Source of the DNA: Pavona decussata
Taxonomy: Eukaryota
NCBI GenBank assembly: GCA_977016875.1
Contig: CDRNST010000204.1
Coordinates: 3,534,001 to 3,598,000 of the forward strand
Direction: 5' to 3'
DNA length: 64,000 bases
The notes under the pieces are model-generated. The model was not told the DNA's origin, did not search any database, and saw only the letters and a program-made list of their open reading frames with translations. Of the stretch, positions 39,001 through 49,300 are shown in pieces. Each line of letters starts with the position of its first letter. Positions within the stretch are counted from its first letter, which is position 1. Both the position numbers and the translations under genes were made by a program.

Positions 39001-39526
39001 TGACTTATTTTGTGGGTCTAATATGTGTGTATAACCATAAGGACGCAAACTATGAATGTTAAAAGATGTTGCATCATTTTTTATTTCAGTTAGGATATCA
39101 ACAGCCTGCTCAACACATTTTGCTTACAAAAAGTTGCTCGTGAAAGAGATGAAAGACTTTGTGGACTCATTCTTCCTTGACATGACCTTAAAAATACATG
39201 CCATCATTAAAATGCAAAAACGGAAAATTAAAGGAATGAAAACAGAGATAAAACACAGAAAGGGGAGTAAAATATCTGCAAAACATCGCGACGAAACTCC
39301 AGAAAGTATTGTTAGCAGCAACGAAACAGTTTCAATGTGGACGAAGGAGAAGCAGTTTGAGACGCACCAGGAAATTGTTCAACTTTGCTCTGATGGAAAC
39401 GTTTCTGAACATTCTCAGCAACTGAACTTCGGTTTAAACAGGAGTTGGGACTCCTCCAGCGCAGTGAGCTCTTCTCTTTCCCAAGGAAATTTATCCAAAT
39501 ACGACACAGTGGAATCGGTTGCCTAG
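15863..39526 (+). CDS. Gene B (19 exons, ~1,770 aa): adhesion ectodomain fused to a GluR0-like ligand-binding/K+ channel module
   Basis: Exons 15863-15877, 15961-16006, 17859-18260, 19738-19833, 20748-22454, 27808-27987, 29220-29329, 30085-30146, 30748-30890, 31518-31817, 32447-32746, 33073-33375, 33658-34127, 34901-34995, 35479-35635, 36049-36115, 36675-36946, 38548-38710, 39090-39526. All GT-AG with compatible phases; summed length 5325 nt (multiple of 3); the 14 exons from TSP1 onward match paralogue C one-to-one. Confidence 0.85.
17859..18260 (+). CDS. Gene B exon: uromodulin/GP2/OIT3-like D8C cysteine domain
   Basis: CD...WY..SGNAG...RCGT..RVYLNASHP....GQVSRKVC.....C.....IQVINCGAFYLYKL.....C...LRYCT pattern; 402-nt phase 1-1 exon. 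Confidence 0.85.
18886..19677. mobile_element. TTAA-flanked MITE with ~200-bp TIRs (Kolobok-like AG...CT termini)
   Basis: TTAA|AGTGTATATGACACAAAATCTTTTATTAGC ... GCTAATAAAAGATTTTGTGTCATATACACT|TTAA. Confidence 0.85.
19738..19833 (+). CDS. Gene B exon: follistatin-N (FOLN)-like module DVYRCNGVNCPHGQICFLTENGRNHQCGSPDT
   Basis: 96-nt phase 1-1 exon with four Cys in CxxVxCPxGxxC...C spacing. Confidence 0.7.
19957..20490. mobile_element. Degenerate MITE with GGGGGCGATTATTCGAGGGAGGCGAT subterminal repeats
   Basis: Motif repeated near 19990, 20015 and 20435; right end TTCGAGGAAATACAG. Confidence 0.5.
20748..22454 (+). CDS. Gene B exon: five tandem EGF repeats plus Ser/Pro/Thr/Gln-rich mucin-like stalk (spans N-gap 21529-21673)
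   Basis: ORF 20681-22507; repeats of [34 protein letters not shown]; acceptor CAACAG at 20747, donor CCAG|GTAACT. Confidence 0.85.
23970..25465. repeat. Tandem array of ~122-bp units (about 10 homogeneous copies plus degenerate 5' copies)
   Basis: TTTAGGCGAACATTATAAACCTAGGCGGATG recurs every ~122 bp from about 24241 to 25460. Confidence 0.95.
25467..25961. mobile_element. MITE of the TATGCATCAGTCAATTCC-TIR family, left end missing
   Basis: Right TIR GGAATTGACTGATGCATA; internal similarity to 40632-41149. Confidence 0.65.
26215..26502 (+). mobile_element. Interspersed element with a 3' hairpin ending AATAATTGTTAAAT, copy 1
   Basis: Closely similar to 62845-63148; hairpin ATAGCCAAC-TCGGCGCTACGCGCCTC-GTTGGCTAT. 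Confidence 0.75.
27808..27987 (+). CDS. Gene B exon: thrombospondin type-1 repeat
   Basis: [53 protein letters not shown]; 180 nt, phase 1-1. Confidence 0.9.
28260..28592 (-). mobile_element. CR1/L2-group LINE 3' fragment
   Basis: Minus strand reads ITYKAYNNLAPSYIRDLL...RQLRSS...YGAKSFSVAAPSLWHALPSDIRNSSSVSVFKNNLKTFLF, a typical post-RT C-terminus. Confidence 0.8.
28919..28986. repeat. Short hairpin element (CAACCT.GTTCCCAGGG ... CCCGGGAACGAGATTG)
   Basis: Terminal inverted repeats about 17 bp long. Confidence 0.5.
29220..30890 (+). CDS. Gene B SEA domain, three exons (29220-29329, 30085-30146, 30748-30890)
   Basis: NYEIRFSTKVWNDDLSSQRSKNYREFVAEI...DVEVLKLSPGSVIASLNVSY: SEA-type pattern with the GSV motif. 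Confidence 0.75.
29992..30047. repeat. (TAAA)n microsatellite
   Basis: Direct reading. Confidence 0.95.
31518..33375 (+). CDS. Gene B three fibronectin type III exons (31518-31817, 32447-32746, 33073-33375)
   Basis: VPSEPP...SIELKW...LLGYGIIY...LENLQKFTEYTIRVYAFT..GNG and two similar units; 300/300/303-nt phase 1-1 exons. Confidence 0.9.
33525..33585. repeat. Short hairpin element (AATCTCGTACCCAGATCTC ... GAGATCTGGGTACAAGATT)
   Basis: 19-bp inverted arms with one mismatch. Confidence 0.6.
33658..36946 (+). CDS. Gene B channel core: S1-like lobe + M1 (33658-34127), pore helix/filter (34901-34995), M2 (35479-35635), S2-like lobe (36049-36115, 36675-36946)
   Basis: Spliced sequence ...FIIWLM|[32 protein letters not shown]|[38 protein letters not shown]...IGAIQHSVEY...ALEEGEIQGALLDTY...FGYGVVL; canonical K+ filter TVGYG flanked by periplasmic-binding-protein-like halves. 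Confidence 0.9.
37231..37640. mobile_element. TTAA-flanked MITE (Kolobok-like) with internal inverted arms
   Basis: TTAA|GGACGGTGCCTACT ... AGTAGGCACCGTCC|TTAA. Confidence 0.85.
38190..38450 (-). mobile_element. CR1/L2-group LINE 3' fragment
   Basis: RNSDVYSSTRSKDDLRFPSAKRNLGKQR...KDWNTL..DLR..KTISNF. Confidence 0.6.
38548..39526 (+). CDS. Gene B last TM helix (38548-38710) and cytoplasmic tail (39090-39526)
   Basis: MFLMSVTILCCLLGAAFMAGLCYHFFVYV followed by basic PRRNK; last exon ends at TAG 39526; homologous to gene C exons. Confidence 0.8.
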
Positions 39527-40631
39527 AGCAGACCAACGGTTATCACGGATCAAGTAAATTCTTTGGTCCATAACAGGCCAAGCCAAAATGGTCCGTTACC
39601 GAGAGATGTCACATTGTAGAGGTCTCCAGAGTTTGTACAAGTTTTAGTCTAACCACACCATGCTCATTCTCTGTGTTCATAGAGTGATATCGTTAATTGC
39701 CTAGCTTCCATTACGTACGAGAGAGGTGCTCCATTTAGTCTAAACGACGGGGTAGGGCTGAGCCACACTGCACGGTAGTAAAGATTGATCTTCACCGTCG
39801 TGGCTCGTGTAAGAAATGGACGCTGCAAGACAAGCGAAGCAAGCTGAAACGCTTGCTGCGCAACTTAGACACGGATCATAAGAAAAAGGAGTTTGTTGTT
39901 GTTCTTGCTTTGAGAATGCAGTTTTCTCTGGGTTCCCGGATTTTCCTCTCTCCTCTCTATTTGAGCAGTGTTACAATATGTTGAATAATAATGTGGGTTA
40001 TTTTATGTCAAGTGAACCAAGCCTTAACAAGGTGTTTAATTTATTTTATTACAAGCAAATTAATAATTAACCCTTTCACTTGAAACGACAAGCCTCGAAA
40101 AGGTCACTTGGTATTAAAACGGAAATTCTGACAATTTTAATACAGTAAAAAAGAGTGAAGAAAAATAATGAAGAAAAAATGTACTCTTATTTTACTCTCA
40201 ATTACTTAATATCTGTTGGGTGCATTTAAACAAGATTGTAAGATAATGTAACGTACGTCTATTTATTTTGCTGCACAAAGAATTCTACAGTAATAAAGAG
40301 TGACGATTCACAAGGTCATAGCAAGACTGTTACTCAATAGTAGCATAACCGGCTGACCTACCATAAGGCTATCTCGCAATCTGATTGGCCATACAAGTAC
40401 GTTCTCATTTTCAATAGACTACTCTGGCCTGGGAGTACGTGCAAGGAAAATGGCCGAACTCCCAAATCAACACGCCAGATGAAATAACTCATTTTACCGA
40501 ATGTTGGTTTTGGTTGAATAGATCGGTCACCGTGTTATCTTAAAATAACCTCAGTTTTTTATCGACTCTGATCAGGTTATCTCTCATATCCTCACCAACT
40601 AGCAGCCGAAAGACACCTCGCGCTTGCTGTC

Positions 40632-41149
40632 TATGCATCAGCCAATTCCAAGAGTGCCCATGCCTGCTTCTCCTCGGGGCATTAAAATTTTTGGAAAATA
40701 AACTGGCAAATACTCCACGGCAAGGACAAACGATCTCGTCAAATGCCCCACAGAGCAGTTAAAAAGGACGTTGATTTCTTCGCTTATGAGCTTACCATTA
40801 TTCTAATAAAAGCTGATTAAAAACTTGTTATTCCAATAAAGGCTTATTCAGTCAAACTACGTTCTATTTCTGAGTGCTGTGGTAGCGACCGTCCCTTCTG
40901 TGGATCTACTATCTCAGTTATGTCCTGCTCAGACTAAGTTAATCAGGAATTTATTGTCTTTGATGGTGAACATATCATTGAAACGAAGCGACAGCATTGT
41001 TAGGTGAAAATGACAAGGCCGTTAGATGCCAGGTGGTAGACTAACGCCTTACCCCCGGGAGGGGCAATGTTGAAAAATTTCCAGCTAATCATACCCGGAG
41101 GGGAGAGGGGGTGGGGCGATGGGATCTGCTAGAATTGACTTATGCATTA
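40632..41149. mobile_element. MITE of the same family, both ends present
   Basis: TATGCATCAGCCAATTCC ... AGAATTGACTTATGCATTA. Confidence 0.7.
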
Positions 41150-42198
41150 AGTTAACTGGAAAAATTTATTCACTTGGATTGTTTACAATCTTTATTGTCT
41201 TGGTCCCGCTTCCTTCGCTACCACGGTGAATCTATTTAGCCTTTGAGACTATGCGAAACTTTATTAACTTTATTATACGATCACAAGCATAACAATTATT
41301 AAACTATCAAGGAGAACCTTCCTGATGTGGGGTTGAAAAAAAGTATTGTTTTTTCTGGTGTTCTGTTGAATATTTCTTATGCTGTTATTAGTGATAACCT
41401 TTTTTAAGATTTGACTCAGAAATAGGACATCACATCAGTTAAACGCTAGAAGAGTATTTGACTAATTGGGGCACCACAGGGGTTATGAATGCTTGGTGAG
41501 TTCCGAAACCGTTCCTTGCTTAAGTAATGTTTAAAACACGTGCGGCGAGTTTTTTGAACGGCTTCAAAAGCATTTCTGGAAAAGCGTGTGTCAAGAGCGT
41601 TCATAGCAATACTTTTGTGAACGTTGGAAATTAACATCAGAGGAAACATTAAACCCCGCATTCTAATAAGGAGAAGGTTTTATCGAGTTTTAAAACCACT
41701 GCACGTGATGTTTTATCGACCATTTGATAGGTCAATGGGCTTATGAATTATTAATGCCTTTTGAAGTAGCATTAAGTCGAATAGGAGAGGGGAGGGGAGG
41801 GGGAATATCGTCTAAAATCTGTCGTCCTAGAGCCTTTTACCACTTTAGGTGCTTTTCTCCAGGGAGAGTACGCGGAAAAAATCGATGTGTTGTAATTTAG
41901 AATGTAGTCTTAGCCTCTAGATTTATGGATGAAATCTTAAAGTGTGGCCAGATTGAAACCAAGAGAAAATATGAAGCCACCTTCCTTTTGTGCTTTTTTT
42001 TTATTCACTTGTTAGTTCTGGCATTTATGGCTCTAAATAAATTAGGAGAGAGACCTGTTTGGTGTGGAACAGTACTTTCTAGTATTGCTCTTATAATTAT
42101 GCCGTAAGATGGCATTCAATTCAACTTTTGAATGTGTGAATGAAAAAAGGTGACCTTTTAAATGAGAGCTGTTTATCAAAACTCTCCCCCAATCCTGC

Positions 42199-43330
42199 CT
42201 ATTTTTTACAATGTTCTTGGTATCTTACATCACTGGTACTGACTGCGTAGTCATCGGATCCCATCGAAGGACAAGCGCTGTCGACGCTTAAAGTATCATC
42301 AGCTTTATTCAAAGCGGCTGGACATGGTGAAGGCCACCCCTTTGACTGCTGAAGAATACTCTTTGCCGAAACATAATGAACAAGCCTTCCTGTCGAATCA
42401 CCCACCTTCTGGATGGAAGAATATACTGGATTGCTACAAGAATTATTCCTCGACGACTGTTTGGCCGCTTTCCTGTCTTTCTTCATTTCTTTTACAATTT
42501 CTATCATATCTCTCATTTCACGTTTTTTCATTTCTTTAATCAAAGGAATCTTGGTGGACATCTTAGTGTAGAAACCCTCCACCATCTCTTTCATCTCCTT
42601 TACGAGGGTACCTTTGTAAGCCGATTTAGATGAGGAAACATCCAACTTTTTAGCTGAAATGAAACATGTTACAAAATAATCAATGTTATTAAAGTACAAA
42701 GGTGAACAGAAAGGGTGACGAATGAACGGATGAATGACTCCTACTCACATGAAATGATTTATTGAAGATTCGCTTATACCAAGTATCAAGGGAACAAAAG
42801 GCAAGGTAAACGTCATATAACCACCATACTAATAACCACCAAAAACTGGTTATTTCGACCACCGTGCTAATAACCGCCAAAAACTGTTTTATTTTAACCA
42901 CCGCGTAAATAACCACCAAAAACTGTTTTATTTTAACCACCGTGTAACTAACTACCAAAAACTGTTTATTTCGACCACCGTGCTAATAACCACCAAAAAC
43001 TGTTTTATTTTAATTTGTACTACCGAATTTGAAGGATAAATTTTATTCTAGCCTTCTGCTTTTTGGCTTGTGTTTGCATTTGCCAACGGGCATACCAGAA
43101 CGGTTTAACAGTGATGCCATAAACCCAAGAAGACAAAGTTATCACGACAAACCAGCTGAGAAACATTTCACACCTTTGTTCTTTCGTGGAGTAAATATCA
43201 AAAAGTGATAAGACAGTCCTGCTAAGAAGGCTACACCCAAAAAACCAAGCGCAGTAGTAGAGGACAGAAGAAACATCTGAGAATTGCTGTCAAAAAGTCC
43301 TGTGCTTTCTTTTATTCCTCCGTCTGATGG
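42199..43330 (-). CDS. Gene C last TM helix (43330-43174) and cytoplasmic tail (42653-42199)
   Basis: [38 protein letters not shown]; tail [18 protein letters not shown]... Confidence 0.8.
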
Positions 43331-46300
43331 CTGTGGAAAACAAATCAAGTAATCGTTATCGAGGATGAGATTATTATTTTATCAAACTCATTAATAATTC
43401 TTTAAAAGAAAAAAGGGAACACTACCGTGAAGGAGGTTTTTAAACGTGATCAGTAGTATGCTAGACACCTTTTGGTCCGCTTTTATGAGGAGGAATCTCA
43501 TTAATTTGAGGGGGAATAAATTAACGACGATCACGTCGTCATAGCCTGTTGTCTTGATCTCATAATTAAAATGTGGTGGACGAGACGTCAAAATCCCGAG
43601 GGACTAACGTCATCGGGAACTATGACGTCATAATCTAAAAAATAGAATAGTGACATCATCGGGTGGCGGGGTGGAGATGACGTAACCCCGGAAACAATGG
43701 CATCATAACCAAAAATATAGAATAGTGAATAGTGTCATCATATTATTTTACAAGAGGAGGAGGAGGAAACAATAGCATTGAGGAGGAGGAAGAGGAGGAG
43801 AAGGAAATATAGAAATGAGATACATTTTGTTCTGAGATGTGCGGTTGAAACGCTCTCACCCATATCGATGTATCTCATTTCTATATTCCCTCTTCCTCCT
43901 CCTCCTCCCATTGTAAAATAATACGATGACACTATTCACTAGTCATAGTTTTCGATGACTTCAGTCCCTCGGGATTACGTAAAATTACAGCTTGGAAGTT
44001 TAACTTTTGTGTTTGACTCAAACTGATCCGAGGAATAAGGCGAATGGAACAAACCAACAGAACAAAATTTTTATGTTTTGGCTGGTCATATTTCTTAACA
44101 AGCGAATTATTTAAATTTATTTCGATTATTTTTGAAGAATTGAGAAGAAGCAGTCTTATTGATACTTCACTGTTATCAAATAAAATAGAAACTAAAACGT
44201 ACGTCAAGTGTCTTTGTTTTGTTTGCCACGATCTTAAAAATTTCACTAATGTGTAAGGCGATGTAATCCCTGCATCTTTGTTCCACGTTCTTTGCTGCCC
44301 CTGACAGCACCACTCCGTAGCCAAAAGGTCGGTCAAGAATCTTTTTCACGAAAACACGGTCATCAAGAAAAGTTCCCTTATTCTCTGCAGCCACGTAAGT
44401 GTCTAATAGAGCGCCGTCGATTTCTCCATCTTCCAGGGCTGTATGTATTTCATCCAAGTTGCTGTACTTTCGTTCTGCAATGGAAATTATAATCAGGTTA
44501 AGAAAGTAAGCTTTAACTGATCCACAACTGCTGCGCTCGCCAAATGGTTCCTTTGGTTTTAAAATAACTGCGAACAGTGTTTTTTTTTTTACCCCTATTG
44601 AAGTTTCAATCAACAGTAGACGACGGAAACAATACGTTGAGCACAACAACGATTGGACTGGGTATACCTTGGGGAAGGAGTTAGATGAGGTCGGAAAACT
44701 GGCCCTCAGATAGAACTCTCAGAAAAAAAGAAGAGGGACAGGCCTAAGCAGTTGTAAAGGAGTACACCTGTCAAGGAACGATAGAACATGGCACAGAACG
44801 ATGCGAAAAGGACAGGAAGTATACCATAAATTTATATCAACCATTACCTGTGTTTACTTTTGCGTTCTTTAGAATCCCCAGTCTGTATTCTGTAGAGTTC
44901 TCAATAGCTCCTATCTAAAATAATAAGAAGTAAAATAATTGTAAGTTGAGAGCGAATCATTTACTTGACGCTGCACTCAACTAAATGCGAAATTGGTTTG
45001 TCTTAGTTGGGTTCAACGGAACAATTTGATTTGCCATTGATTTTGTTCTAGTATAGTTGCCTGGCTTTGTAATAAACGAGCAACTGCATTTGAAAAGAAA
45101 GGTAACAGATGTACCATACAGTTGTTTTGGCTCTTAGTACCATGGTTGGTGCAATTTCCTAAAATTCTGGTGTTTGGAACTTACCTTTGTGCCATACAGA
45201 GTGATATCCTTCTGGACAGTAACAGACGTGAGTGATGAAGCAATTGCGCCAACCAAAATGCCGATGATAACAAGACCTGTTAGCGTCCATATTATACCAA
45301 AAATGCGGCCAGCTACAGACTTGGGCGCCCTATCACCATAGCTGTTAAACAATGGAATAAGCAGGAAAAAAATAAGATTAAGAATGGCATTCCTATCGGT
45401 CTCAGTAAACATTAACTTAGTCTTCTCGGAATTTGTAATAGAATTTTGACCCCTATTCACCTATGGAAAGTAAAGCCTGTTTCTATTTTCGATTTTAATC
45501 ATGCTATTTATCTATCCACGGCTGCTAGGGCAACAATGCCTCTTAAGTACGTTTATTTACTCACCCAACAGTTGTCATGGAGATGAAGGACCACCAGAAT
45601 CCTTCACCAACGCCTTTCATAAAACTGGGTGGAAATTCATCAGGGTTGTGTTTAGAATCCTACCGGGAATGGTAATAATGATGGATTAGTTTGATATTAA
45701 AAAAAAATTCTTCATTCTGCGGTATGTTTCCACGACCACCACCATCAGTCAAAACTTCTACTGCTATCTTCACGTTTTGGAAATTGTTTATTAATACACG
45801 CGGTCCCAGTACCAACATCTGGCTATTAGATTGTAAATGAAACCATTAATCAAAACACGGTGAAGCATAAACATCAAGAGAACGGCTAGTAATCTAGTCA
45901 ATACGGCAACAGTATATCGCTCACCCAACTATTATACTATAAAGAAGATTGAGTTTCTATCTGGTACATGAACTGCTATTTGGGACAGCTAGTTTAAAAA
46001 CATGAAGGGCAGTAAAATATATCCTGCAACAGTGATCTGGAACTAAGCCATTCCCCCATCCTCCCATCACCACTTTCAGTTTAATTACTCCAAAAAATAA
46101 GCTGAATAAAGTTAACGGCAGACCCAAATGCTGACGTGAGGCATCAAAATATGATGATTTTTACTTGACTGGATGGTGGAGGATAGCTGTTGCGTCCAAT
46201 GTTATGTAACTGGCCCCGTTATATTTACTTACCAAAAGCCAAACAATAAATCCAGAAATGAAAGCAAAGCAGGATGACATCACCATCAAAGGCATTGTGT

Positions 46301-49300
46301 CCATGACGGCTGTTATCATGTTCATAGCAGCTTGTCCAGGGGGCCTAGCAGTTGCTATGAAAGCAATTCCAGGGGACTGTACAAGGTTGATGTAAGCGTT
46401 GTCCCCCATGTATTTTGTGATGTACGGATTGCCGTAGATTGGAAAGGTAATCTGTGGAACATCATCAAAGTCGTCGAGAACTTCTAAGATGCCCCTTTTG
46501 GCTGCACGACTTCCTTTACCATTTGTTGTCGTATCGATTTTTGTGTCGCCGTAAGCGGGACAAAACCCGCAAGCTGTATGTATCATTTCTGTAACAATCC
46601 CGCTAAAAAGTCCTTCCATTTTATTGTTCTTGTCCACCTTAAGATATGGAGTTGTTGACCAGTAGTTTGTGTAAAGGACTGGCGGACAACGGCAGCTTTC
46701 TGGTGATAAAAGATAAAATGGAATGATCAGCTTTGTACACTATTTCCAATCGGTCCGACAGACTGAAGAAGAAGAATAGGAAGAAGAAGAAGAAGAAGAA
46801 GAAGAAGAAAAAGAAGAATCACGAGGCTACCATTTTCTACCTTCTTTTCGGCCTATTAAGTGAAAGTTGCTTGTACGCTGAGAACTTACCAGCATACACA
46901 TATTCACTATAAGGTCCCACTCCTTTCTGTGTAAACGCGGCCATCTTGATCCTGTAAGTCGAGTAAGTTTGAACCTGAAGACGCGTAGAAAGCTTATTTG
47001 GTTCCACAATCAAGGTTTCTTCCTGTGTGTCAAACACTGCTCTCTCGGCGGTCCGAATTCTTTGATATTTAATGGAATAGCCCATTAAGAGTCCCCTAAC
47101 ATGCCCTTGAGTAACTTGTCTCCAGTTGACAATTATGTCTGATGCGGAAGTAAGGTTCAGAGCTGTCAAACGCTGAGGTGGCTTGTCGGGAACTTAAAAA
47201 AAGAAACACTCTGGATAACACTGTTAATCTCAGAAACGAACTTGGGTATTACCAATTTTGCTCATTACTGAACTACAGAGGTTAAGTATCTATGCATCTA
47301 TATAGACCTTTTGAACGAAACGGGACTTAGTTCAAATGCGAACTTTACTTATTTTGTAAACCCTTCAGTAACTTTCAAAATATGTTCTAGAAAGCAAAGT
47401 TAACTTAGGTAACTAAATTGCCAAATGTAATCAAGGACGTTCACTTTGCTGATAGATATCGCCAAGCTCTCAAAAGACACGATGCCGTACGATGAATGTA
47501 GTAACCAAAACTTTTATTCTCATGTACTCACCATCACCCCACGTGTAAGAAATTGCAGCATATTCTTTGCCACAGCCTTTGGATGTCTTAGCGCAGACCA
47601 CCACCTTGTATCTCGTGAAATAGTGTAGATCCTTTAAAGTTAAAGTATGGTTGTTTGGATCCAATGTCTTCGTCTCCCAAACCGGCGCAGACCCGTCATC
47701 TTTTGCATATCTGACCTCGTACCCTAAAAGTACTCCATGTACGAAATCTTGATGGATTGGTTCCCAGGACACATCAATTGTGCTAGAACTCGTTGACTGG
47801 ACAATGGTGTTTGGCGGAGTCTGACTTGGGACTGATGAAGTGCCAAGAATAAATAAAGAAGGTTGATGTTTGGTCTTAAACAAGAGATCTGACAAGACCA
47901 GTTCACCATGTATGTTTTTGAATAACGTCTTCTATCTAGAAATGGTTGCTGTTTAGTCAATAAATGCCTTATAATCTATTAAGCCAAAAGAAAAACTTTG
48001 CGTTTACAACACGACTTAGCTGGCTAGCCACGTACCAAATTTTACACCCAAGTTAATTTGTCGATTTTTTTGTGCCTGTTGCCCTGACATAAGGTTATTA
48101 CTAATCCTATTAATCGGGAATTCCAGCCAAAAAACTTTGAATTGTACAGAGTTTCACAAGGTAAAGAGTTTTGTGCCTTCCTTCTTTCTTTAAACCTCCT
48201 TCGATCGCGATTGAGTCGATTGAAAATTATCCGTAAGTGAGAATATTTCACGATGCGTCTGAGAATCAAGGATGAGACATCCGAAAAGAGATAACTTGCA
48301 AGGTAGCTAGGAAGAGGTTTGGTGCAAACTCCTTATCATTTTAAGGTTTTACTTAAGTTCGTATCACCTTGATTCGAACAGGCATAAATTAATTATTACC
48401 AGTACATAGTCATGTCTGGATTCTAGTGATGAAGTGACGACATTAATTTCTTCAGTTATCAACATTGATGGGATGCTATTAAAATTACATTTACCACTAA
48501 AGTGCACACGAAAACACAGTTTTGAATAAAATTTGCAGATATGTCTTTGGGGTGGACAGGGTGCAGAGCAGAAAGCAATTCGCAGTAAGTGCGACATTTT
48601 TAAATGCTAGTTAACGTTGGAAACGAGTTCAGAATGAATTTGCCATGATGAACTTAAAAAAATTGTGACGTTTTGTAAAGATTTGGTTGAAATTTGGAAA
48701 AAAATAGAAAAAAAATGCGACTGCCTTTATAAAAACTGTATGGCGTGAGAGCAGCGGTAACCGCTGGCCTTACATTTCTTTGTAGAAATTGTGAAATTCA
48801 GACGTCTCTATTTCCTCGAGTTTGAAGTCGATTTCTGCGAAATTCCACTTTCAGCAAAACGATAACAAAACCAGACCATAACAAACTTACTTCTGAACTG
48901 GATTTTTTTAATTAATTCCCTGTTTAAAGATGCCACACTAACCGCAAATTCTGCTATTGTCTTGGGCAAGAGCGTATTGCAATAGGAGATACGAGTGCTT
49001 CAAGCATAGCTTATCTCATGACGCCTCGGATTAAATTCATTGAAGGCTTACCATCTTCCTGGGTTCTTAAAGAGACTGGCTTGCTTGAAACTCCGTTTCC
49101 GTTATTCGTAAAGCCATAAACACGAACTGTGTAGTTTGTAAACTTCTCCAGATCCTCTAAGGTTACTTCAAGAGGTGTGGGAGGCACAGATTTTAATAAA
49201 TCCACTTCAAACTTGTCTTTGATTTTCTTGTACACAATTCCGTAACCCAGAAGGGTGGCTGCATTTAACTGTGTAACAATTGTCCATTTCAGGAAGATAG

